Source: the human T2T-CHM13v2.0 reference genome, Homo sapiens. Taken from it: a DNA stretch of 64,000 bases. Positions 1 through 17,663 of the stretch are shown here, piece after piece. Numbering within the stretch: the stretch's first letter is position 1; every line of letters begins with the position of its first letter. The stretch lies in the NCBI RefSeq assembly GCF_009914755.1, contig NC_060925.1. One strand, 5' to 3'. The notes below the pieces were generated by a model. It was not told where the DNA came from, did no database searches, and saw nothing but the letters and a program-made list of their open reading frames with translations. Position numbers and translations under genes: made by a program.

Positions 1-535
1 GTGGCTATAAAATAGTCATTTAAATTTGTACTGATAAAATTTCTTATTTTTATTATTTATTTATTTATAAAGACAGGGTCTCACTCTTTTGCCCAGGCTG
101 GAGTGTCATGATCACAGCTCACTGCAGCCTCACCCTCCCAGGCTCAGGCTATCCTCCCACCTCAGCCTCCTGAGTAGCTGGGACTGCAGGCACACACCGC
201 TATGCCTGGCTAGTTTTTATAATTTTTTTGTAGAGATGGGGTTTCGCCATATTGACCAGCTTGTCTCAAACTCCTGGCCTTAAGTGATCTACACATTTTG
301 GCCTCCCAAAGTGCTGGGATTATAGGCATGAGCCACTGCACCCGGCAATAAAATTTTTTAAAATATGAAAAGATACTTAAAGTGAAAATATGATGTTTTC
401 TATCTTAGTCTGTTTGGCCTGCTATAACAAGATACCATTAACTGGGTAGCTTATAAACAAAACAAATTTATTTCTCACAGTTATGAAGGCTGGGAAGTCC
501 AAGATGAAGGTGTCCACACATTTGGTGTCTGGTGA

Positions 536-963
536 TGTTAGAGGCAGGAGGCGGACAAAGGCTTAGGCAGATTAGGAAGGGTCCCTGGAGAATCTCTGAC
601 CTCCCCTACAAGTGTTTACACCACATGTTTTGTACAGATAAGGGAACCTGCACAGGGAGTTTGCCTAGGCATGCCCACAGCAGGCTGGAGACCCATGCAC
701 TGGGGGGAATGGGGTGGAGCCACCAGGAATTTGTGTCTTATGCAGGGGAGGAGCCTGGCCTCTTCAGCTGCTGTGGGGTGGCCCAGGTATTCAATTTGGG
801 ATGTGAAAATCTGCTTGCGGGACCCCCTCTCTTTGCTGAGAGCTTTCTTTTTGCTTAAAAATTCCACCCTCCTCACTCTTCAGTGTGTCCGTGTGCCTAA
901 TTCTTCCTGATCATGAGACAAGAACCCAGATTAGCTGAGTTAAGGAGCAAAAATTCTGCATCA
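536..963 (+). mobile_element. Solo ERV1 LTR, MER61-like
   Basis: TG...CA termini (tgttagaggcagg...ttctgcatca) and a 4-bp TSD gtga (532-535 / 964-967). The 5' sequence resembles MER61. Confidence 0.7.
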
Positions 964-1049
964 GTGAGGGCCCCCTTTCTGGTTCATAAATGTCATCCTT
1001 TAGCTGTGTCCTCACAGGGTGGAAGAGTGGAATGAGCTCCCTTGGGCCT

Positions 1050-1052
1050 ATT

Positions 1053-1095
<43 letters not shown>

Positions 1096-1376
1096 TTTTT
1101 GAGACAGTGTCTCTCTGTCACTCAGGCTGGAGTGCAATGGCCTGTTCTCAGCTCACTGCAACTTCTGCCTCCCAGATTCAAGTGGTTCTCCTCAGCCTCC
1201 CAAGTAGCTGGGATTACAGCCATGCACCACCATGCCTGGCTAATTTTTGTATTTTTAGTAGAGACAGGGTTTCCCCATGTTGGCTGGGCTGGTCTCAAAT
1301 GCCTGGTTCAAGTGATCCACCTGCCTTGGCCTCCCAAAGTGTTGGGATTACAGGTGTGAGCCACCACACCCAGCCC
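1050..1376 (-). mobile_element. Alu with (TTTA)n tail; TSD cccttgggcctattttat
   Basis: Alu consensus on the minus strand with direct-repeat flanks. Confidence 0.9.
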
Positions 1377-2121
1377 CTTGGGCCTATTTTATAAAGGCAC
1401 TACTAATCCCATTCACCAGGGCTCTGCCCTCATAACTCTATCACCCCACAAAAGTCCCCACTTCTAAATATCTTCACCTTGGGGGTTAGGATTTTAACAT
1501 ATGAATTTGCAGGGTCAGGGGAAACATAAATATTTTAGCATTCTGGAAGATTGTGACTTTGGAAAACCATAAAAAACATGTATATAAAAGCAAGATGGGA
1601 GGAAAATGCAGTTAAGTTATCAACAGCACTTATCTGTAGGTTTTAGGTTTTAGGTTTGATAACTTAGGTATTCACCAGGCAGATAAGAGTGCTAACAAAC
1701 GCTTATAGATATGAAAATTTATCACATATTTTGGAGTCAGCAAGGAAGCTATTTATTTGTAGATATCAGAGCAACACAATCCAGGAGGCTGTGTGTATCA
1801 GCAGTTGACCTTGCTTGACTTGATAGATCTTTTATTCCTCTACCTTGGTAAATGTTTATTTAAATCCACTTATTAATGCTTATAAAACAGTTTTTTTGGT
1901 TAAAAATCCAAGTTTTAGAATAAACAGATTTTATTAGCCTATACTCTTGCAGATATTGTTACCAGCATTTGTTACTGCTTACCACAGTATAAACCATTAC
2001 TTGAGAATGCCTGTTTGCAAGGCCAGTTTTCCACTATCATTATTACTTGGCTTGATCAACTGTACAGTAATACATTTTTTTCATAAAGTACTAATGCATT
2101 TCTATTTTTCTTCCTCTCAAG

Positions 2122-2245
2122 ATGAAAGAAAATTTTGTCATGGAGTCCCTACCATCTGTACCATCAACTGAAGGAAACAGTCAACAAGGCAGATTTGACG
2201 ACCTGGAAAATCTTAATTCATTAGCAAAAACTAGTCTGGATTTAG
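2122..2245 (+). CDS. PATJ: PATJ coding exon, 124 nt, phase 0 to 1 ([42 protein letters not shown])
   Basis: Acceptor tttttcttcctctcaag|ATG and donor TTAG|gtttgt. The frame is open and joins the next exon (G+GC = Gly). Confidence 0.93.
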
Positions 2246-3384
2246 GTTTGTGACTTTTGTTTCTCATAAACACAAATTACATTATTTTGCAAGCTTTCAG
2301 TTTTATGTTTGTATACATGAATTTCACCGTCATATTTTTATTCATTATGATGCTTTGAATTTACGTCTGCTTAATAATTAATCTGCTTCAGAATTACCTG
2401 AAAGAATAAACATGCCTCAGATTTCAACTTAGAGTTTTCAGATTCTGTTTTTTGAGAAGGCTACATTTTCTCTGCCTCATGTTGCATTTTATTAGCAGTA
2501 TGGATTGAAACTCAGACTAGAACCTTACACCAAATCTGAAATAAGTCTCTACTAATATATATTAAAATCTCTGATGCTCTTAAGTAATATTGCTAGCTCA
2601 TTTAATGGGACTGTTAAATATTAATAAAGAGAGGCATATTTTAAACATTTATGAAACATTTTTATAGCCATATATTACAGTCAATTTTAGTACATTAATA
2701 ACTTAGTTTCCATTAAAGAATTCTAAAAGTATAGTGCCTCTCCCTGCTGCCCCTCAATATCGATTCTTATATATGTTTGAAAAGTTGACTTTAAAAAAGA
2801 ATTTTTCTTCATCTAACACTAAAATATTGAATGTCATTATAAAATTGACATCCCTAGGGAGATTGTTAAATGCTTTCATAGCACTGGGATTTATAGAGCC
2901 ATTGTTGAGGATTTATGCTGTCCTTCACTTGTTATGACTACTTAAAAGTCTTTCTCTGTGTTGTATAGTAATATGTTGTAAGGGGAGAGAGGGCTGTAGA
3001 AAGTGATGTAACAGTTTTATATGAGATTAGGATTCTATTAAGTAAATTCTAAAAAATGGAATACTTAAGGATAAAAATTGAAGGCATCTCTGAGATGATA
3101 ACATACAGTTTCCTGTGGGTCAAAACAGAGCATGGAAAAAAAAAGACAGAGTATGAATACTTAATTTTAAATATCTAAGATTAGATGAATCTACCCAAGT
3201 TTTCAAGATCATGACTAGAAGAAAAATGGGACTTCCCAAAATAAAACTCTCCAGGTATATTGCTTTCTAAAATTCACCACATTTCTTATAGTTCTCTATT
3301 AAATAGTTGGAGAAGATTTATAGCACAAATGTTTGAGTAAATGAATAAATAGACCATATCTGTTTCATTACTATTAATACTGTA

Positions 3385-3570
3385 GCAAACTTAGCACGAT
3401 TTTGGACCAGATGAGTCTTTTGGTGGGGGTGGGGTACCCTGTGCATTGTAGGATGCTTAGCAGCGTCCCTGTCTTCTAACCCTAGATGCCAGTGGCACAC
3501 CCTCTCCCAGTAATGATGAAAGTCAAAATGTCTCCAGATGTGGCCACATGTATACTGTATAAACCACTGG
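3385..3570. mobile_element. MER20 hAT-Charlie remnant
   Basis: cctgtgcattgtaggatgcttagcagcgtccctg...ctagatgccagtggcac...aatgtctccaga...aaccactg matches the MER20 body. Confidence 0.8.
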
Positions 3571-4292
3571 TTTATACTGTCAAGATCAAAAGAAATAGAC
3601 TAGCTATATGGGCTGGTGTTTGGGTGGAGGAGCAGTGGAATAAGAGGCAATCTTAGATTTATCTGCAGAACAATGAATTTAGAAATCATTGTTGAGAACC
3701 CCTGTGTAAAGAGATATTCTTGACCTTTTGGTTAATCCAAAATTGTGTATCTTTGAAAAGCATATACTCTTCATGGGTTATAAAACTAAGCATTTAAATT
3801 TGCATAATTAATAATGTAATTATTGACATTATTGCATTGAGTAATACACTTAGTGTTACAAGATTTTGGAAGATTTCAGACAGAAGGCAGTTCTGTTTCC
3901 CAGGCTTTGCTCGAAGACTGGGTTGTGCCATTTGCAAATCCAAATTGATTTTGTGTTATTGTCAAGACTCAGTGCACATGCTTACTTGCAGGCCTGTCTC
4001 TTAACTACACACTAAGCTTCAGGAGGGTGAGGACTGTATCTGATTATATTCACATAGTAGGTGCTCAAGAAATATTTACTGAATGAGGAAATGATGTACT
4101 GCTCACGTGGTTATTCAACAGCATATCAGTTCATTACTTTTTTTTTTTTTCAGTTGCTAAGTTGTATAGTAACCCGATCTCTTCTCTACTTTGGATTCTG
4201 CTTGCCTTTATTTTGTTATTCCATTCTTGCATCTCATCAAATGTAGACCTTTAGAAAATTTCCTCCATTCCTCTCCTATAAGCATTAACTTC

Positions 4293-4678
4293 TGATATGG
4301 TTTGGCTCTGTGTCCCCACTCAAATCTCATGTTGAATCATAATTCCTAGTATTGGGGAAGGGACTTGGTAGGAGGTGATTTTATCATGAGAGCAGATTTC
4401 CCCCATCTGTTCTCATGATAGTGAGTGAATTTTCAAGAGATCTGATGGTTTAAAAGTGTGTGGCACTTCCCCCTTTGCGCATGCTCTCTCTCCTACTGCC
4501 ATATGAAGACATGCGTGCTTCCCCTTCACTCTTCTGCCATGATTGTAAGTTTCCTGAGGCCTTCCTAGCCATGCCTCTTGTACAGCCTGTGGAACTGTGA
4601 GTCAATTAAACATGTTTTCTTTATAAATTACCCAGTCTCCGGTAGTTCTTTATGGCAGTGTGAGAGTGGATTAATACA
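4293..4678 (+). mobile_element. Solo MSTA-type MaLR LTR
   Basis: tgatatggtttggctctgtgtcccc...ttataaattacccagtctc...ttaataca with a degenerate 5-bp TSD acttc/actta. Confidence 0.85.
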
Positions 4679-5229
4679 ACTTAAATCCTAGAGCATTTAT
4701 TTTTTAAAAATCTCCCTGTTTTTCTAACCTCTGTACCCCTGTTATGACCATTACCTGATTACAGAGGCCCTACAGGACTCAATCTTTTTCATGGGCTCCT
4801 GGGTTTCTCTGTGCACTTGGTGGACAGCTCTGTAAAGTGTAACTGCGTGAAGCGCTGTGACAGGTTAGAAATGTGTGCCTGTGCACTGACAGGGTCCATG
4901 GAGGAGGCAGTGGGGCAGAGGGCACAGGTAGCCTTTGTGTGGAGCAATTCATGAAGTTTTAAACTGCACCAACCTATGCAACTTAGTGGTGTAGTTTAAC
5001 AGACTGCTTTTTCCAGTGTAGCTGGATGGGACATAGAGAACCAGTTTCCTGTTCTGAAAACTCTGGTTTTAAGCCATTCCTGCCTGAGCACCAGTCCTGC
5101 CCTGGTCCTTCCTCCTCAGTGTCCTCAGTGAGGGGGAGGCAGACATCAGCAAAGCTGGAACAGTGGGGCAGTGCTTTGATTGTCATGTGGGAATGGAGGC
5201 CCTCAAGGATGGGAGCAAAGGGGAGTATG

Positions 5230-6400
<1,171 letters not shown>

Positions 6401-6739
6401 TGTAATTTGGTTTTCCTATCATTGCAGAGTTCTCCGGTATGGTGAGAAGAAAAAATAAGGCTCACAGGACTTAGCGTTTTAGAATTTTTCCTTTTTTTTT
6501 TTCTGGAGCCCAGCTACTTCTGGGTCCCATTCTTTTGCTTGGTATATTGCTAAGCAACAGTGCTTTTTGTAGTGGCAAATCAAAATATTGGTAAAATTCC
6601 ATCTTTTTCATCAAGCCTCCTCCTTTTGGTGTTCCTCCTACCTAGAATGGTATTGCAGATTTTTATGGGACTGATTCCCTATCACCATCCAGATTTTTGA
6701 CTACTCCATCTATTTTTTTTTTTTTCTTTTTCTTTTTAG

Positions 6740-6940
<201 letters not shown>

Positions 6941-7867
6941 TGATCCACCCGCCTCAGCCTCCCAAAGTGCTGGGATTGCAGGCGTGAGCCACCACACCCG
7001 ACCAGCTACTCACCTGTTTCTTTCTGTTCCTACCTGTTGCCTTATTTTCCTTCTTAGACCTTACCATATCCTGAAATCATGCTGTGTTCATTCTGTATCT
7101 CTCTCCACTAGAATGCTAGCTCCCAAGAATAGGAACTTTGTCAGTTTTGTACACTTAGCTATCTCTAACGCCTAGAATAGTTCCTGGCAAGTAGTGGGTG
7201 CTCTATAAACATTTGTTAAGTGAATTTGTGAATGCGTGAATGAAGAACAGCCACAGAATGTTGGATACACTTAAAGGTATTTTTGTAGCTTCAGCTTCTT
7301 CCCCCATTAGCCAAAGAAGTAAAATACTTAAGGTTTTGTGTCTTCTCACATTTATTTGATGGGAAACAAAACAAAATATAGAAGGTGCATTAGAACTTTT
7401 TTTCTTTGTTACATTTTCTAGGTTAAGCTCTACCAGATATTTTTTAAATCCGTAGAAGGTATGCAAACCAAAAAATAGATGTCCACAATCTTGATAAGAG
7501 CATACACTTGATTTCTTATCATTTGGATAAAAGCTATGTTATTATTACTCAACCCAGTACAATAGTATTTTATCATCTTACACGTGTTTGAGCTTTCAGT
7601 CATACTTTGATCACATAATGTGTGATATTTTAAATATTTTTTCTTCCAAGAACACAGTGTTCAAAGAAATACATTGCAGGAAAAACTGTTTTGGCCAGCA
7701 CGGTGGCTCATGCCTGTAATCCCAACACTTTGGGAGGCCAAGGCGGGCAGATCACTTGAGGTCAGGAGTTCAAGACCAGCCTGGCCAACATGACAAAACC
7801 CTGTCTCTACTAAAAATACAAAAATTAGCCGGGCATGGTGGCACACACCTGTAATCTCAGCTACTCA

Positions 7868-8029
<162 letters not shown>

Positions 8030-8899
8030 CTAAGGCACTATTTGTTGTTCTCTATTTTCTAGAATTACAGACAGAGAAAAGCATCATGTTTGCAAGAGTT
8101 TAGCAAAACAGCTCAGTGCAGAGTGAAGAATACATAAGGCAGGTAGCGGAGACATTCAGGAGAGCCCAGCTGTGGGGACTTTGTGTGCTGGGAAGGACCC
8201 TGAATTTGACCTGTATGCTCAGAAGCCTTATCCTGGGGCCTATGGGGGCAGCTTCCCAGGATCCATGAACCACAGTTAAAACAGTTATTTATTTTTTTTT
8301 TTTTTTTGAGACAGAGTCTTGCTCTGTCACTCAGGCTGGAAGTGCAGTGGCATGATGTCGGCTCTGTGCAACCTCCGCCTCCCAGGTTCAAGAGATTCTC
8401 GTGCCTCAGCCACCTGAGTAGCTGGGATTACAGGTGTGTGCCACCACGCCTGGCTAATTTTTGTATTTTTAGTAGAGACGGGATTTCGCCATGTTGTCCA
8501 GGCTGGTCTCGAACTCCTGACCTCAGGTGATCCACCCACCTTGGCCTTCCAAAGTGCTGGGATTACAGGTGTGAGCTACCGCACCCAGCCCGCTCTTTAG
8601 GCTCTCCATTTACCTTGTTTGATTAAGCACAATTATTTTAGGCCTCCCATTTATATAATTTGAATAAATGGCATTCCCAAATCACTGAAGATGTTTAATC
8701 AGAAGTCTCAAAGCTCCTTTACGAGATTATCAAAGATACACTTGTTCCGTAGAATGGACCGTGGGATGCACAATAGATGCGACTTCCATTCTAACCATAA
8801 CATTAGCTGTAGATTTCTTTGTTTTTCTACTTCGGAAAACAGTATACTCATATTTTTTAAACTGAAAAACTCATTGTTGGTTGGTGTATTAAGCAAGTA

Positions 8900-9250
8900 C
8901 CATATTTACTTGTTCAGAAATATTTGCTAGTGCTTTCTGTATAAGAGTGCTGCTCTGGGGGTCATGAGAGTGGAGCAGTGAACAAAATAAAGTCGGCCCA
9001 CATTCTGGTGGGGGCAGACAATAACAAATTAATGTATAATATGATAGGGTTCATGAGGGAAAATAAAGCAGTAAAAAGAAATAGAGAATGTTTGAGGAGG
9101 AGGCCTATTTTATATGGAGTGGTCAGGCTGACTGTTTTCATAGGGTAACATTTGACTGACACGTGAGTAAAGTAAGCCAGCCTTGTGTGAAAACATTTGG
9201 GATATGGCTGAGAGAATAAGAAATGCAAAGTTCTTAAGGAGGTTATTTGC
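8900..9250. mobile_element. L2 fragment
   Basis: catatttacttgttcagaaatatttgctagtgc...gtgaacaaaataaagtc...taacatttgactgacacgtga is typical L2 3' region. Confidence 0.55.
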
Positions 9251-10347
9251 TAGGTGACAAAAAACAATTAAGTGTGTTCCTAGAGGATAAATAAGATAAT
9301 GCAGATAAACAAAAAGTAGAAATAAGAAATTGTCTGCAGAGGTAATCGCGATTTGGTTTATAGTCTTCCAAATTTTTCCAGTTTGTATGAAACGCTACCT
9401 GTCTACCCTCATAACTGGGTCATCTCAGCTTTCTCCCTCAACCCCAAATCTTCTGGGTTTCTTTTTCCTTTTGTTTTTGTTTTTGATACAAGGTCTCACT
9501 CTGTTGCCCAGGCTAGAGTACAGTGGTGACATCACTCCTCACTGTGATCATCCTCACCGACTCTAGTGATCCTCCTGCCTCAGCCTTCCGAGTAGTTGAG
9601 ATTACAGGCGTGCTCCACCAAGCCTGGCTAATGGAGTTTCACCATGTTGCCCAAGCTGGTCTTGAATTCTTGGGGCTCAAGGAGTCCATCTGCCTCAGTC
9701 TCCCAGAGTGCTGGATCTACAGGCATGAGCACCTGCGCCTGGCCAATATTCTGCTTTTAAACAATAAACCATTATAACACAGCTTAAATTCCTCTCCATA
9801 GATAACCATGGTGTTGAATCCTATATATTATACCTTATGCATTATCTTTTTATAGTGTGTGTGTGAGGATGTGTATAGACAATATATGTGGACATACCCA
9901 CACACATGTCTATATATGATAGTTATACTGTGCTTACTATATATACATGTTTCAACATATGATCTATTGTGGTGAGACTAAAGGAGCTTTCTTTAGTTTA
10001 TTTGGGCAAATATAAGGAGAAAATACTAGCCTTTAATTTCTTAACATGATAATTGTATAATATGCTACCGACAACTAGGAAGAACATAAGAAGTAAAGTC
10101 CAAAAATGTTGTCCCCACCATACTTCTCAAGCTTATTATGTGAACCTTTCTAAATAGAAATCAAAATTAATTGCTAGGAAGTTTGTTGTAAATATTTAAA
10201 TAAATTATGGCAATCTGTACCCTTTACCTGCTGGTAAAAAATTGGCAAAATTTCTTAACCTCAGTTTTCCTATCTATAAAATATGGTTGATAGTGTCTTT
10301 TCTTTCTAACTCATAGTTTGATGTGAGAATTAAATGAACAAGTATAG

Positions 10348-10654
10348 GCCAGGTGTGGCAGCTCACGCCTGTAATCTCAGCACTTTGGAAGGCTGAGGCA
10401 GGTGGATCACCTGAGGTCAGGAGTTCGAGACCAGCCTGGCCAACATGACAAAACCCTGTCTCTACTAAAAATACAAAAATTATTGTATTTTTGCATGCAA
10501 CACAACACCTGTAGTCCCAGCTACTCAGGAGGCTGGGGCAGGGAGAACTGTATGAATCCGGGAGGCGGAGGTTGCAGTGAGCCAAGATCACACCACTGCA
10601 CTCCAGCCTGGGCAACAGAGAGAGACTCCGTCTCTTAAAAAAAAAAAAAAAAAA
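10348..10654 (+). mobile_element. AluS with an internal fold-back rearrangement
   Basis: Alu consensus except for the replaced segment at 10481-10506. Confidence 0.9.
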
Positions 10655-11110
10655 GAATGTAAAAGAATTCTGAAATTCATAAACAAAACCCTTTTAAAAA
10701 TAGAAGTGATTTAATATGGTTTATTTGTTATTCTGTGGAGGTTTTTTTTTTTTAAATCAGTGAAATGTCAGAGTACTTATTAGGAAAGCTTAAGTTGATA
10801 AGAGAAAATGTGTAGTAAGATTAGATTTTTTAGTAATATTAATATTGCATAAATGCCATTTTTTTAGTGAGGCCACTGAAAATTGTAACCGACTTCTGTT
10901 GAACAATTCCTATATTCCTTCCTTCTTTATTTTTCACCATTGTACCTATCATCATCTGATATATTAAAGCCTTTATTTATTTACTTTAATATTTTCAGTC
11001 TCCTACCTGGAAGAGTCCCCTCCCATAGTAGGTGCCCATACCTAGTTGTTGAATGACTAAAGGAGAATGAGTGCCTCTTGTGTTCACTGTCATCTGGATT
11101 TGCTCTTCAG

Positions 11111-11282
11111 GCATGATCCCGAATGATGTCCAAGGTCCTAGCTTGCTCATTGACCTTCCTGTTGTGGCTCAAAGGAGGGAGCAAGAAGATTTGCCTTTAT
11201 ATCAACACCAAGCGACACGAGTTATTTCCAAGGCCTCAGCATACACAGGAATGTTGTCTTCTAGATATGCCACTGATACATG
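11111..11282 (+). CDS. PATJ: PATJ coding exon, 172 nt, phase 1 to 2 ([58 protein letters not shown])
   Basis: Acceptor ttgctcttcag|GC and donor CATG|gtatga. Lies within ORF 11071..11322. Confidence 0.95.
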
Positions 11283-11955
11283 GTATGATATCATTTCTCT
11301 TTGTTTTCACATTATAAAATAGTGGTTTTTTTTTTTTTTTTTGCTTAAAAAATGCGTGATTTTGGTAGAACGTTTGGAAAATACAGAAAAATATTATGAA
11401 TAAAATCCACTATATTTGACAATTACTATGAGAATTTCATATACTTAAAATTTTGCCATATGTACAATTTTGTATCTTGCAGTGGTGCACAAAATGGATT
11501 AGAGTATCTGCTTAGAGAATGGGAGGTTAATTCAGAGTTTAACAACTCAAGCAGATGCACTTGAGGACAAATTAAAAGAAGACCAATTTAAGAGTGAGGA
11601 AATCTACAGGAATCCCTTGACTCATTACATGTTGAGTGTAAAAGGGGGTAGTTGAGGATGACTTGTGTTTTTGGACTAGGAAACTAGATAGATATGAGAA
11701 ATTAGTGCTTCAATATAATATTATAGGAGCATGAACAGGTTGGAAGGGAAAATGATGAGTTCAGTTTGGAACATGTTGATGGTTAAAGTAGCCATAGAAC
11801 AACAAAGTTAAATGTAATCAATTAGATATGTGGGTCTGGGAATTAATGTTGAGGTCTGTCTGGACATGGGTAATTGGGAGCAAGATTAAGCGTAGGTGAA
11901 ACTCTTGGATTTGAATGGTCATCAACACGAAGCTTAAACAATAAGGCAAGCATAG

Positions 11956-13056
<1,101 letters not shown>

Positions 13057-13234
13057 AAGATTGGAGTCCTGGAAAACAGCAATACTTAAAGCATGAACAG
13101 AGGAAGAAAGGAGTGAGCTGGAATGAACAAAAGGTAGGAGAAAATGAGTGAACTAGATTGACTTAGAAATCAAAGGAAGAGAACATTTTAACAAAAGTGT
13201 CCTCACAGGCTATGTTCACATGCTAATAGGGTCA

Positions 13235-14100
<866 letters not shown>

Positions 14101-16292
14101 TCACCTTGGATAGTTTGATAAGAGGAAGCTCACCTCCTCCACTGAGATAGGTGCCAGGAAGGAAAGGAAGGTCTGGATGTAGGTACTTTTTATAGCTTGA
14201 GAGCAGGAATCCAAAGAGATTCTTGTCCAATGATGATGTTTGTTTGTTTCTGTCACTTCGGGAGAAGATTATTTACTACTAAGAGTGATGAAGTGCTAAT
14301 AAAGTAGGCATTAAAAGGAAAGGTGTTGGAGCAGAGATTAGCTTTTGAAAGAGTGGTAGGAGAGTAACCACCTAGTGGTAGGGAGTTTTGAAAAATATTT
14401 ACCCTCTTTTTCCAATGCCCCAGGGAGTGAGAGAATGAGCTTCACCCACTTGAGTGTGGTATACTTGGCAGAGAACCAGAGCTGTTGAAGAGGAGGTTCA
14501 GAGAACATTCAGTGAAGAGGTCAGGGTGTGGATAGTTTTGTTTATAATTCTAGCAGATTCCATGCAGCATGATGGATGATGTGCATGGCAGGTCTTGGGG
14601 TGCGGCGTGACAAAGGAAGCACATTTGAAGGAAAACCCAGAAAGGTGTGGCATTATGAGTAGGGAGATAAGAAGTGCACAAAGGAGTTGGAGCTTTCAGC
14701 AAAACATAACAGGGATGATAGATAGGGTGGGCTTAATTGGCTTTAAACATTTTTATTAAAACCTTAATCCAAGTGTGATTTTTGTGTTGACATGGGAGAT
14801 ATCTTAGATTTAGATGATGTGCATTTCTCTGTTCAGCAACCTGAAATTTTACCCAGAGTTTTAGATAGAAACTTCATCAAAAGTTCTCTGTGCTTCTGCA
14901 TAGCCCATATCTGAGTGGAAGGAAGAGATACAGAAAGGCCCAACAGCTTTTCTACTCTGCAAAAGCCAGGCCGGTATGCAGAGGGAGAGTGCTGCCAGGC
15001 CCGGTGTCCTAATGTGATATCCGGTGCAGCCTCTGGGGAAACGCACAGTGATAAATAAGCAAAGGATTTGTTTCCTTAGGACAGATGCCTGGAAGTGGAG
15101 AAGTTAGAAACATATTTTATGGCTTTTTATTTAGTCAAAATTTTTTTCTTCTTTTTATTTTTGAGACAGGGTCTTACTCTGTTGCCCAGGCTGGAGTGCA
15201 GTGGGACCATCTCAGCTCACTGCAACCTCCGCTTCCCAGGTTCACACCATCCTCCCACCTCAGCCTCCTGAGTAGCTGGGACTGCAGGCATGTGCCACCA
15301 AGCATGGCTAATTTTTGTACTTTTTTTTTTTCTTTTCGTAGAGATGGTGTCTCGCCATGTTGGCCAGGCTGGTCTGAAACTCCTGGGCTTAAGCAATCTG
15401 CCTGCCTCAGCCTCCCAAAGTGTTCAAATTATTTTTCCATTGTTTTTTAAATTTCTCTTTTGCTTAGTGTGAATAGTTGAATCTGGCAGAAGAATGCAGA
15501 AATGAGACTGCTTCTCTAAACTGTAGAATTGTAACTGTAGAATGTGAAGAATCAGAAAAGATCTAAGCAAACTTCTAAGTCCACCCCTCCTTTCTTGGAC
15601 AGAAGAGAAAGTGGAGCATCAGTTGTTCTTACTCAATTTGACCCCAGCTTCAGAGAGGGAAGATATACTTTGTTCTTATCCCATTGCTTTTTCTTTCAAA
15701 ATGAGTATTTGACAAGCTGATTTCTTATGCAGGCACAGGCATTTAAGGACTCCAACCTAACCTTGTCTTAGGAGATTAGCCTTGCACTTGAAAGTTGTTT
15801 TTTTGGCTTGCTATTGGAGATTTAGGGTATATTTAAATCCCAGCAGGTTCCAGAAGAGTTCTTGTAAATCATATTCCTTCTTTTAATCTTTAAGGGTATG
15901 CCCCATGGAGTTAGGTTCATAGGTGAATATTTATTGCCACTCAGGAGCCTGCCTGAGTAATGCATAGATTATTTTAGATGATAGTCTTTCAGAAAATCAG
16001 GGTGTCATGAAGTGCTAAATGGTATTTTACAGTTTCTTCCTTGCATTAATTTTTGTGTACGACCCAGCAGAGTTGTGTGTCTACGTGCGTGTGAGTGCAC
16101 CAAGGGTAAGTATCTAATGATTGTGATGTTTTATCTACAGTGCACTTTTGCACTAACTTCTCCTTACCTTAGGAGGTAGGACTGGTATTAAGAGGTCAGG
16201 TGCCCCTTGAAAGGAGAGATCTCTAGAAAGGGGACTGTGGGCAGGCAGGGTATAATTCTGTGGAAGGAATTCAGGTGTTCTGGTTCAGAGCA

Positions 16293-16768
16293 CAGTAGTC
16301 CCTTCTTATCTTCAAGGGATATGTTCCAAGAACCCCACTGCGTGCCTGAAACCACAGACAGTACCAAGCCCTATATATACTGTCTTTTCTGTACGTACAT
16401 ACTTATGATGAAGTTTAATTTATAAATTACGTACAGTAAGAGATTAACAACAATAACTGGTAATCAAATAGATCAGTACTGCAGCAGTTGATCTGATAAC
16501 TGAGATGGCTACTGAGTGACTTCTGCGCAGGCAGCATATATAGCGTATGGATATGCTGGGCAAAGAGATGATTCACATCCCAGGCTGGACAGCAAGATAT
16601 TTCTTCATGCTACTCTGAATGGCATGCAATTTAAAACCTATGAATTGTTTATTTCTGAAATTTACCATTTAAGATTTTTGCCATTACTGCAGTTGACCAC
16701 AGCTAACTGATACCAAGGAAAGCAAAACTGCAGAAAGCAATACCTTAGCTGAGTGGAGGGGACTACTG
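16293..16768. mobile_element. MER44 (Tigger7-derived) DNA transposon
   Basis: Terminal inverted repeats cagtagtccc / gggactactg followed by TA; internal gatatgttccaagaacccc...gcctgaaacc. Confidence 0.85.
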
Positions 16769-17065
16769 TATCCTTCTTTGTTCCTAAGGTCACTTGAGAT
16801 CGTGTTTTCAGACCTCGCCTGGTTTCAGTCTTTTTCTTCCTCATCTCGGTTATTTTTGGCTGTTTAAAGACCTATGGGTGCCCCTAGGGGGGACATGGAC
16901 ATTTCTCAGACATTAGGAGGTCTGTGGTGTGGATGTATTATGAGTGATGTTCATATCTTTCTTCTGCTGTTTATACCTGTATGACCCTGAAAGGGTTTCC
17001 TTTGTATCTATCTTTTGTCACCCGTAAAGTAGGTAGTTCTGTAGATTGAATAAAAATTCATACAG

Positions 17066-17663
<598 letters not shown>

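Larger units (their letters stand above)
400..1540. mobile_element. MLT1/MST-type MaLR LTR split by a nested ERV1 LTR (536-963) and an Alu (~1050-1376)
   Basis: tcttagtctgtttggcctgctataacaagatacca...ggaagtccaagatgaagg resumes after each insert (gtgagggcccc...; ataaaggcactactaatcccatt...gggggttaggatttt). Confidence 0.75.

Noticed and set aside
1947-2171. ORF overlapping the first exon
   Set aside because: Wrong frame. The PATJ frame starts at 2122 and is fixed by splice phase.
16876-16896. Quasi-palindromic gtgcccctaggggggac as a CTCF site
   Set aside because: Poor fit to the core consensus on either strand.
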